A DNA stretch of 64,000 nt. Source: Camelus ferus (Eukaryota). The DNA is taken from the NCBI RefSeq assembly GCF_009834535.1, contig NC_045696.1, forward strand, positions 15,006,001-15,070,000. The letters run 5' to 3'. The stretch's first letter is position 1. Every line of letters begins with the position of its first letter. The notes beneath the pieces are model-generated. The model saw nothing but the letters and a program-made list of their open reading frames with translations. It was not told where the DNA came from and searched no databases. Position numbers and translations under genes: made by a program. Positions 1-10,100 of this stretch are shown piece by piece.

Positions 1-69
1 GTAGTGCTGGATGGCTTTCCTGGAAAATTAAAACAATTTATTTTTCTCATTAACATTACTCTTGAGTCC

Positions 70-750
70 ACCTTTTGCCTCCCCATTTTAATCCATCTCA
101 TTGTTGAAAAATAATTCATAATGTGAAGTCTTTGGATTATTAGCAATGTTGATGAATTATAAGGCTATATTATTTATTTCTCTTGTTTCCTCTGTAATTT
201 ACTGGTTCATGTCCTTTACTCATTTTATTGGAGCATTTGCATTTTACTTAATACTTTATAAAAGCATTTTTGTATATAAAAGATGTTAACCATTTATTTG
301 TATACCTTGCGAAATCCTTCCCATTCTTGACTTTTGCTTTCCTGATGCTTTATTTGGTATGCTTTGACAAGCAGGAGTTTTTAAACATTTAAATCTGTTG
401 TACTACCAATCTTCCTAAGTTTGGGCTTCCGTATCACATTAAGCAAAGCCTGCTAGTTTGCATATGGTTTCAGTTTTTATGTTTAGATCTTTAATCTACT
501 TGGAATTTATTTTTTGCAAAAGTTGTGAAATAGGGATGTAACTTCCATGTCATCTCCTCCCAAGTGCACAGCTAATTTTCACCACCCCATTTACTGAACT
601 ATCCATGCTTTCCTCATTTTTACCACTTGAATAATTCATTAGCTTTGAAACATGCAGTGGTAATTTTCTGAATTCTTAATTGAATTATTTTGAGCTATTA
701 GTCATTCATCTCTCAATACCACATTGTGTTAGTTACTTCCATTGGCTCTT
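70..750 (-). mobile_element. Old, degraded LINE-1 (L1M-type) ORF2 3' fragment
   Basis: Antisense L1-like phrases, e.g. 'ttcatgtcctttactcatttt', 'tttatgtttagatctttaatctacttggaatttatttt', 'accaccccatttactgaa'; no ORF left. Confidence 0.7.
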
Positions 751-1053
751 GTAAGAGATATCCCCCCTTAGCAGGTACAGTCTTCATACATATTTGAAGC
801 CCATCTCTACACAAGCCACTACATCAGGCAGTAAGTTATATGTGTCTACCTTGTATCAGGGACTGTGTACACTTCATAAAGGCTTTGCCTTATGGGTTTT
901 ACACACATATGAGAAGCTCTAGTACCTTTGTAATACTTTCAAAAATAACACTGACAGCTTCTATTTTATAGTTTTATATACTCTTCCACTGGTTTCAAAT
1001 ATGACTTTAATAATAAGAGAATCCTTCCAGTTAAAAACAAAGTATTATATATT

Positions 1054-1096
1054 GTTTTTTGTTTTGTTTTGTTTTGTTTTGTTTTGTTTTGTTTTT
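1054..1096. repeat. (GTTTT)n microsatellite
   Basis: Directly visible, about 8 units. Confidence 0.95.
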
Positions 1097-1102
1097 CCTT
1101 AG

Positions 1103-1171
1103 CGAGTATCTAATGACCCAAGAGAAAAATCAACTATCTTTTGTAGGCAACAAGATCAGCCACTAGAGGAA
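1103..1171 (+). other. Candidate internal exon (69 nt)
   Basis: Acceptor (gtttt)n-tttccttag|CGAG; donor GAA|gtaagt; open in phase 0-0 (RVSNDPREKSTIFCRQQDQPLEE); peptide not recognised. Confidence 0.3.
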
Positions 1172-1479
1172 GTAAGTGCTTTGCTGTGCTGGGCAGCAGC
1201 ACTGGAGCTAACTTAGGAGAGAAAGCCACTGTCAGGTTTCTTTTCTGCCTCTTAAAATGTCCAGAAGCTTTAGGAAACAGAACTTTGGATTCATAATTTG
1301 GTAACTGAGTGTATATAATTACATGCTTTAAAATAACTACCATTGACTGAAGGCAGTTATTAGAAAGTTCCTCATCATACGTGAAAGGAACAAACATCTT
1401 GTTTTCTTCACTCAGTCATATACCTTCCATTATTTAACTTTTAAAAAAGGATTCAAAATTCTATATTTTTTCTATTAAT

Positions 1480-1891
1480 AGTTTAAATTTGTTCATTGAA
1501 TCTTTATTCCAGACGACTGTATTCCCTACAAAGACAGTAGCTAAAACTCGAAACAATTTGCTTAACTGGAACTTAGAAGTCGGTGATTTGCAGGAGAACA
1601 AACAGTGGGTTGATAAGCTCAGTACTCTGATAGCAGTTTTAACCAAGAACGCATAAAAATAACCAATTCCCTTCTGATAGACAATCTGGATATGCAGCAT
1701 CTATGGCAAATAACATAAAAAGAAAGGAAGGAAAGAAAAGTAAAGGAAAAAAGAAAAGAAAACAGACCCACCAAATACCAAACCTCAGAAATTAGCATCC
1801 ACTTACCCACACAGGGGTGAAGACTTTGAGAGGGAAATTTTTACAGTTCTTAAAATGAGGGTCTTCTAGATTACTTCTTCAAATTCAAAAG
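1480..1891 (-). ncRNA. Candidate 3' end of a spliced transcript (exon 1891-1807, intron 1806-1701, terminal exon from 1700 to about 1480)
   Basis: Minus strand: ccttttgtttttttag|CTTTTG...GTGTGG|gtaagt, then a long pyrimidine tract, then ttgccatag|ATGCTG..., with AATAAA at 1508-1503; the 85-nt exon has stops in all three frames. Confidence 0.45.
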
Positions 1892-2250
1892 CTAAAAAAA
1901 CAAAAGGAGGGAACAGTGTCATTAACATAGAAGAGTTGTCTCCTGTCATGAAGATGACACTCAATCTTACTTCCAAACACAGTGATAACTGGTGAATTTT
2001 TTTTTCCTGCCTGGGAGTTCTAAAACAACCTGCAGAAGAGGCCCTGTGATGTAAAACACTTGGGTGCCCTGGATGTCAGAGGCCCCTCATCCCTATTAAA
2101 ATATATAACAATTAAAATGGAATTTTATGAAGAGCTAACAATGAGAAAAATTGCTTTCACTACAAATGTGACATGAATAAGTTGCCAGGAATTAAAGTAT
2201 CGTCTTTTTTTCAATTAAAAAAAAAATTGTTTCTTGGTCTTGAATAATGC

Positions 2251-2414
2251 ATTTATTTCTTTTATTTTTTAAGACTTTTTTAAACTTTTATTTCATTTAT
2301 TTATTTTTTGGGCAGAGTCCTCAACTTTTTTTTTTAATGGAGATACCTCGGATTGAACCCAGGACCTCACGCATGCTCAGTACATGCTCTGTCACTAAGC
2401 TCTACCCACCCCCC
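2251..2414 (-). mobile_element. tRNA-derived SINE, camelid Vic-1 type
   Basis: Reverse complement GGGGTGGGTAGAGCTTAGTGACAGAGCATGTACTGAGCATGCGTGAGGTCCTGGGTTCAATCCGAGGTATCTCCATTAAAAAAA: degenerate A box, B box GGTTCAATCC, A-rich tail; core 2326-2414. Confidence 0.85.
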
Positions 2415-2829
2415 TTGAAGGCATTTAAATATGCATCAGGATACATGGACTTTAGACTGCTGCAAACTGAGAAACTGAAGAAATGGTTGCATATTTGTAC
2501 TTAATTGTCTTCATTTACAAAATGAAAATCCATTAAACTTAAAATTGATTGATTATTTATTAAATGATAATCATGTACAGTCTTTGATGGGTTTTCATGG
2601 TGAAAAGGAAACTATATTTACTGATTAAAAATACTTTAAATAAGTATTTAGCATTAAATAAGCATTTAGCACCTCCTACATGCCAGCCATTGTGTTAAGT
2701 ATTTAACACATGGCCCACTGATATTCAAACTTTATTTGCTCACACATTTATTATGACTCTATTGTAACAGTTTGCCTGTTGCTTGCCAGGGGAGATGTTT
2801 TTCCTAACTACAAAGTATTGAGCAAGTGA

Positions 2830-4080
2830 TTCCTTTTGCCTGGCATAATCCTTCCCCCTTCAATCACTTTGCCTGGTAACTCATTTATCCTTTGGGTGAA
2901 AATTTCAGTATCTCTTCTCCTATGGAAATTTACCTGATTAAGCAACCATAGTTAAATGTCCCCTTATAAGATAGCACCCTCATTTCTGAATTATGACATA
3001 TGGTATTATGACAGCCTGTGTAATCTTCTACATCCTTCCATGGGATTATTAAGTCCATGAGAGCACGATTCAGTCAAAAATATTTACTGAAGATACACAA
3101 AGTACTGGGTACCAGCCTAGTTGCTGGGCATATAGGAGTAGACATAAAATAATAAAATAAAATGATATGAACACAGATATGTATCATGTCTAATAGAGCA
3201 TAAAGCCTACTGCAGTATCTCTAACATTGTGTAAATGAGCCACACAGACCAGCATCCCCTAGAGCAGTTAACAAAAAGACACATTTCTGGACCATATCCT
3301 GAGATTGTGAGTCAGAATATCTGATGGTGTATCTCAGAAATCTGCGTGTTTATAAAGTGCCCCAAGTGGTCCATATGCCTGCTGAGGTGGGAGATCCACC
3401 AGTCCTCAAAAATGGAGAGACCCGTGTTCCGCTGTATTTACGGTTTCATGCTCAGTGTGAAATAGAGCGCCTGGCACAGAGTGGACTCTTGTTAGCTCTG
3501 AGTTGAGTGAATGAATGAGTCGTTGACAGCCTCAAGTAGTTTACATAACCCATACACCACAGAGAGCATAGCAAACTCTACAGAAACACATAGAAGGACA
3601 TGACTAATTCTTTAGGGAGATCAGGAAACTTTCACAGGAGTCTGCGATTTATACAATGAAGGCCAAGAAGTGTGGGAGGCAGAAATATCAGAATAGCATT
3701 CCCAACAGAAAGGAGAACATGGGCTAAGGAAAAAGCTACAGGGCATGGGGTGTCCAGGAAACACTGAGTTTGTGTGTGTTGCCTGACGCTATGTGGACAC
3801 AGGAGAACTGAAGATGAGTGGAAAGCTTAATAGGCATTCTGGTCCCTACTCTATGCAACAGCAAAACACTGAAATCAACAGATCTGTTTCTAGACAAACC
3901 GAACTTGGCAATGTGGTGGAGGAGAGATTGGTTGTCTGTTAGGAGGCTGTAGGAGAAAGCATGAAGACAGATGGTCACCAGCCATATGAAGGGGGTGTCA
4001 TAAGAAGGAAGAAGACAGATTTTGAGATATTTATGGAAGCAGAATCTACCAGATACGATGACTGTCGTGGGGATATGGCA
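2830..4080. mobile_element. Cluster of LINE-2 fragments in both orientations, interrupted by MER5A
   Basis: L2 3' end 'gcgcctggcacagagtggactc...gttgagtgaatgaatga' (+, ~3410-3520); antisense 'attcagtcaaaaatatttactga' (~3068); purine-rich L2 body 3560-4080. Confidence 0.6.
3213..3402 (+). mobile_element. MER5A-like hAT-Charlie MITE
   Basis: Colinear with recalled MER5A consensus: 'cagcatcccctagagcagtta...gagtcagaatatctg...cagaaatctgcgtgtttataaag...ccaagtggt'; about 190 bp. Confidence 0.75.
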
Positions 4081-4484
4081 AGTGTAACTGATGTCAATAT
4101 TTTCATGAAAAGGTGCTGATAATTGCTATTCTTAAAGTCTGGAAATTTTAAGATATTGCTTGACTAACATTAAAATAACAAAGAATTCAATAGAACTGAA
4201 TAAATCTCCAAATTTTTTTATGGCTATAAGGTAGTTTTTATTTACATTACTAGTAGCTCACTGAGTGGATATAACAAGTTATCAATATAAGGATAATGTT
4301 TTCCCAAAGTTTTACTCTATTTTTTCTATGATTTTATTGTGCAGATATTGCTGATTTCATTGAAGTGGCTTGATAAAAGACCAACATCTTTGACTTTAGC
4401 TAATAGTTTTAAAAACAGAAGTGAATATAGGCCTTCAGAAAAATTTCTTTTTTAAAAACCTCTTTTAAAAATTGCCCTTATCAG

Positions 4485-5110
4485 ATTGGTGGTGCCACTA
4501 TAAGGACAGTGTGGAGGTTCCTGAAAACACTAAAAATAGAGTTACCATATGATCCAATGATCCCACTCCTGGGCATATATTCAGAGAAAACTCTAATTTG
4601 AAAAGATGCATGCACCCCAATGTTCATAGCAACACTATTTACAATAGCCAAAACTTGAAAGCAGCTTAAGTGTCTATTGACAGATGAATGGATAAAGTTG
4701 TGGTATATATATAGATATAGGTATCTAGATATAGATATTACTCAGCTATAAAAAAGAATGAAATAATGTCATTTGCATCAACATGGATGGTTGCTCTTAT
4801 GCTTTATGGTAACTTATGGTTACCAAAAGGGTAAGGGTTGGGGGAGGAATAAATTAGGAGCTTGGGATTAATAGATATACACTACTATATATAAAATAGA
4901 TAGACTACAAGTTCCTACAATATAGCACAAAGAATTATGTTCAATATCTTATAATGACCTATAATGGAAAAGAATTTGAAAAATTATATATGTATATGTG
5001 TGTGTGTATATATGTATATGTATACACACACACATATATATATATCTGAATCACTTTGCTGTACACCAGAAACACAGCATTGTAAAGTACCTATACTTCA
5101 AATTTTTTTT
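4485..5110 (+). mobile_element. 5'-truncated cetartiodactyl LINE-1 (ORF2 C-terminus plus 3'UTR) with TSD
   Basis: 'gtggaggttcct...gagttaccatatgatcca...tcactttgctgtacaccagaaac'; TSD aattgcccttatcag (4470-4484) / aattgcccctgtcag (5111-5125). Confidence 0.92.
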
Positions 5111-6366
5111 AATTGCCCCTGTCAGCTACATGTCTACAATGATGAAGTATTATTCTATGGGATGAGAAACGAGAAGTCTTTAGATAAAATTTTATCTCTA
5201 GTTTCTCTAGATGAAATAGACAGTCTAAATAATGTTCATTGCTGGAAAATGATGTTTTACACAGGAAGATACATCATTCTGTCCTCTTTGAAGGAAGTAA
5301 TTTAGGTGTTCTTAACTAGAAAAGAAATCAGAATCTTGTTTAACCAACAATAAAAATGGAAGCCGAAATTTCTAATCACCGTTTTTTGTTGCTTTTGTAA
5401 AGGTGTTGATTTCACTGTGTTGTGCAGAAAGTGCTGAGTGCAAACAAGACGAGAAACCACTTCAAGACTGAGTCAAAGAGATGTTTAACTCGCACTTTCA
5501 TTGACAATTTCATCCAGAAAAATTGAAAGCCTTGTCTGCAGTTATTTTATCCGACTCGCTTCTCCATTATGAAGTAGTCACTTTAAATTATGGTTTTCAA
5601 ATCTCAGGAAAAGAAAATTACTGGCTAGCCAGTACAGGCTAGCCTAATATTGGAAGGAAAACCTGAGTCCTAAACAGAAATGTGAATTAAGGGGTCTCGC
5701 TTTATAACACATATACATAGACATGCATATCTTAAATGCTAGTAAAACTGACCTAAAAAAGTGAGTGAAATTCGAGACATTTGACTTAGTGCTTTGGAAT
5801 GACTTCAGTGACTTCAGATCAGAGACTGAAAAGAAGATAACAGGGCATATGACCAATTGTTCTTCTATCCTCTCTACCAGGACTGTGAAGTTTCACACTG
5901 ACGTGCTGAATGAAGCTCTGTCCTATCTTGCTTTAGATAACTCGTGCTTAGAACCAAAACACCCAAAGCAGATGGAGTTCAAATTGTTTACAATATACAA
6001 TAAAGACAGCCAAACCCCTTGTATACTATGCCCTTCTTTTATCTTAACGTGCAGGTTGAAGTAGATATTTTTAATAGTGATGTAAAGATGTGCCACGTTA
6101 GCAGTTCAGAACTTTAAATTGAGTTTTCTTCATCTGATGGAGCCAAAATGATGTATAAGTAAGTGTATTAGGTTGAAGGCTTACTTTTCTTGCAAAGAAT
6201 CTGTAAAATGAAATAAAAATATGCTTGTCTACACAGTTTTTCTCCTTCACTCCTTATAGTTGCTTGATGCTTTTTTTTTTGCCATGACGGTTAATTTGCA
6301 ATTTAGTTAAGATTGCATGATACTGTGATGAATGGAGCAATATTGGAAACCATTATGTATATGAAG

Positions 6367-6400
6367 ACTATTAAATGATTTAAACTATTAAATGATTTAA
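6367..6400. repeat. Perfect 17-bp tandem duplication (actattaaatgatttaa x2)
   Basis: Directly visible. Confidence 0.9.
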
Positions 6401-6430
6401 AAAGAGTTTTCCACCATTAATTAAAAACAA

Positions 6431-7008
6431 TGTGTGCCCAGGGAATAAGATCAGTAGCCCTTGCTTCTGCACTGCATCAGATCCTCTCAGCTTCACCTGT
6501 CTACAGGGACCTTTGTCACGTGGTACCCGAGCCACCACTGAGGCCATGAACTCTGCAGATTTTCCTCCCAACTTCACAGGAGTACAGGTCACAGAGAGTT
6601 GCCTAATGCCTGAGCTCCATGTGTCCCTACTCACCATCTACCCCAAAGCTTTCCCGGTGTCAGTGAGACACAAGATACCATGGGACCACCTTAGAGCCTA
6701 CAAAGAAATGGCCCAGAAATGCCATCTTGTTAACACACCCGAGGGTATAACTTTCACAAGTAAGACACTGTACTGACTGGTAAATGCTTTCCCCTTGTCT
6801 CCCAAATGCCTCTCAGATGATGGTTCCGGATATGTCTGATCACAGATGGTAGCCAGATCAGGAACAAGCTTTTTCAGTCACTTGCCTTCCTTCCCTCCCT
6901 CACTCTTCTTCTCCCTGAACACCCTTCCCTCAGATTATTCTCCCTAATGAAGTTTTAGAACATACAATTTGCCAGAGATCTGCTTTCTTCAAGTCCTACG
7001 CTGAGGAA
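6431..7008 (+). mobile_element. Ancient ERVL-type LTR (LTR16-like)
   Basis: GC-richer block ending in a pyrimidine tract plus 'ctccctaatgaagttttagaac...gagatctgctttc', resembling the LTR16 3' end. Confidence 0.5.
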
Positions 7009-7089
7009 TCATATGAATTAGGGTCTGCTGCTTAAGGACCACCCTACATAAAAGCCTCACAGTCAGTATTATCAGAAAGAGTACACACT

Positions 7090-7758
7090 CTGATTATGCT
7101 CTATCCTCTGGACATCCCCATCACTGGATACGTTAAGTAATTTTTCATTATTATCGCCTATCTCCTCCCACTAGAATATAAACAGAGGAGAAAGATTATT
7201 TTGTTTATCATGTATGCTCACAAACTAAAATATGTTTGGCAGTCAATAACATGGGTTGAGTTTTGCTTGAAAGTCACCTCTATAAAACCTACCCAGACCA
7301 TTCCATTTGAAATTGCAGTCCTCTCCTCTGCCCCTCTGCCTTGCACCCGGTCCCCTTGGCCATATCTATTTTTCCACTATTAATTAAAACACCGTTAATT
7401 AAAAACAATGTGTACTCGTGGAATAAGATCAGTATTCCTCTTCGGCTTCAAATTGTCTGTAGGAATCTTTGCCACGTGGTCCCCTAGTCACCATGGATGT
7501 CACTGACCCGGCACAACTTCACAGGGCACAGTCCACAGTAAGTACTTACCATCTCCCCCAAAGGTTCCCTGGTGCCAGTAAAGTGTTTCTAAGCTATTGT
7601 GTAACTTGCTTGTTTCTGTTTTTAATTTACCTTGACCACCGTTCACTAGCACGCAAGCTTTATAAAGTCAAGCTTGCTTCGTTTGTTTGTTATCCATTCA
7701 TCCCAAGGGCCTAAAACAACGCCCAGCACACAGTAGGCCTTCTATGGGATGAATGAGG
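7090..7758 (+). mobile_element. LINE-2 3'-end fragments; the second is interrupted at 7390-7579
   Basis: 'tctcctcccactagaatataaac'; 'aagtcacctc...ccatttgaaattgc'; 'gcctaaaacaacgcccagcacacagtaggcc...atgaatga'. Confidence 0.65.
7390..7579 (+). repeat. Diverged direct copy of 6412-6664
   Basis: Colinear blocks ttaattaaaaacaatgtgt, ggaataagatcagta, cacgtggt, caacttcacagg, accatct.ccccaaag; three internal deletions. Confidence 0.9.
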
Positions 7759-9989
7759 AGTGTTCAGCCTCTGAGATATGAAAACAGGTTATTGGTCACA
7801 GTCACCCCTGAACCAGAGACTCTGCAAGGTTTGTGCATATGAATTGATTTGCCAAGATTAGACTCACACATATAGAAAGTTCAAATGAATTTGTGAAGCA
7901 TAGAACTGACTCAGTAGATGTTAAGAAAATACACCAAATATAATGTCATTATCACCACCATCCCTCTCCAAATCACTCCTCAGGAATTTTTTTACTGTAT
8001 TTTTTTTCTTCTTCCCACCTCTTTCCTATGTTTAGTTCAATTGTTTCAGCTCCTTCTGTAAAATTGCCAAAGGACATAAAACTGAGACTTAATTGGTACT
8101 GTTCTTACCTCTGGAGATGCCAAAGGAGTCTGAGCTACCTTCTTCCTTCACCTTGACATGTAAGTTGAAATAGATATTTTTTTTAATGTCAGTATAAACA
8201 ACAGTTTCAACTCATAGGATCTAAAAGTCTCCTTCCAAACATTTTGATTATATCAGGCATGGCATAAATAAGAGTGTGACCAGAAAAGTCCCCAGTTGTT
8301 ACTTCTTCAATAGTTTACTCCTTCACCCTTCAAATACTAGCTTCTTTTAGTTTCCGTTCTACTGTGAGCCAACCTCTGGATTTCAAACACTACAAAATGC
8401 CTTATTTCTCCTTTTGAACTAAGATCTTATCTTAATTTTGTGCTTTGCTTATTCCACTAACCCAAGAAGATGGTGAGTGGTGGAGTTGCCGAAACACTAA
8501 CCCAGTCACGGGCGGGAGACCTGAAACACCACTGTTTCCTCAAACCTGTTACTTGCCGTATGTTCAAATGGGCTCACATCCTCTGTGAATTCTGTTCTGA
8601 TTAATCCTTGGGCATTGGTAACCCTTGTATATTTCTGCTCTAAGGCATATGTAAAAATACGATTTTATATTTAGAGTTATTGTATCATTTTCCGTATTAT
8701 CATAACGCATGACAGCAGCTCCCAGTTTTGAAACTACTTTCTCCCTCCTGTATGGAGTCAACCAGTGTTCAGTTTAAATCCATTTCTATTTCTTATCACT
8801 TTAATTCAAATCTTTGGGTCTCAAAAGCAAGGCCCAGAATTCCATCCTACTTACAGCATAAAATGTGAAAACTGTTCTTTCTAAGTATGGTTGAAAAACA
8901 CTGAATATTTCTCACATGATTTCAAATAATAGGGGATTTCATTTCTGTTTGTGTCAGGATTAAATATCTATTGATAACCAGAAAAGGGGAGTGTTACAAT
9001 GATATCTTTGCTGAGGAATGTGATAAAACTTTGGGTTAAGGAGTATGATCTTTCGTGTTAACAGCAAAATTAGAAAGAGTTCATGATAGGAGAGCAGTTA
9101 GCCAATGTGTGAGAATTCACCTCTGAAAGAGGTTAGATAAACACAACGTAGACAGCACAGCGAGGTCAAGATGAAGTTCAGTGTGAGAAGTATCCTATCA
9201 CTTCTGTCTTTAGGGATAAAGAAGGACTTTGGCAACAGTTGTGATATGTTAGTACCAAGAGCATCTACTGCTAAATGGAATTTTATATCATAGAATAAAG
9301 GAAAAGGAAATCCAAAAAAATGCTCTTGTGTATGCGATTCAATGTTATTCGCATGAATAAAAAGTTGAAACATAACCTCAAACTAGGATGTTTCTAAAAT
9401 GGCCCACGTGTTTTAAAATATATAAGTAAGTTCACATATTAAACAAATAACCTGCCTCTATAAAGGAACAGAGATCATGTCAGTATGTATTATAAACCAG
9501 GTAACACCACGAGAAGCATTCTTTGTCTCCTCCTTTGATTTAATATTAGCTATTTATTAAACTTTATATTATTTTCCCCAGAGTGCAAGCCAAAGCACAC
9601 ATTTTGAAAAGGATTAAACTGTCTAGTCCACAGCAGTATTTTGTGGAGATAAAATGGTTTCAAGAACAGCGTGTACATTATTTCCGGCCACAAACAGATC
9701 AATCTGCGTGTGCTGATGGGAGTGACTGGTATTTCCAGGACTGTTTGATCATGCCTGATTCACTCGCTATCTAACACTGAAATCAGAATGATTTTCTCAA
9801 TACCATGAGATCACTGTGCTTCTGTGCACATCCCATTCAGCCACAGCTAAGACAAGTTGTTTACAGTAGCCAGAAATCTCTATCATGTGTGTTTCAGAAA
9901 CACAAAGAAATTAGATGTCACAAAACTACTCCTTAGACTTTAGCTTATGCAACCTAATTTTAGAGTAATTAGCAAAAAATTACATTAAT

Positions 9990-10100
9990 AACTAATACAT
10001 GTTAAATACTCTTTATATATCAGGCAATGTGCTCAGTGCTTTCTGTAGATTATTTCATGTATCCCTGAAAATATCCTTATGAAGTAAATACTGTTTTACA
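9990..10100 (-). mobile_element. MIR fragment
   Basis: 'caggcaatgtgctcagtgcttt...attatttcat...ccttatgaagtaaatactgttttaca'. Confidence 0.6.

Noticed and set aside
2336..2414. tRNA-like sequence with a B box
   Set aside because: Degenerate A box, no proper cloverleaf and an A-rich tail; it is a SINE, not a tRNA gene
5860..6020. Good plus-strand acceptor at 5880 with AATAAA at ~5999; similar lone acceptors at 16732 and 59025
   Set aside because: No matching strong donor or linked exon; lone acceptors are common by chance in AT-rich DNA
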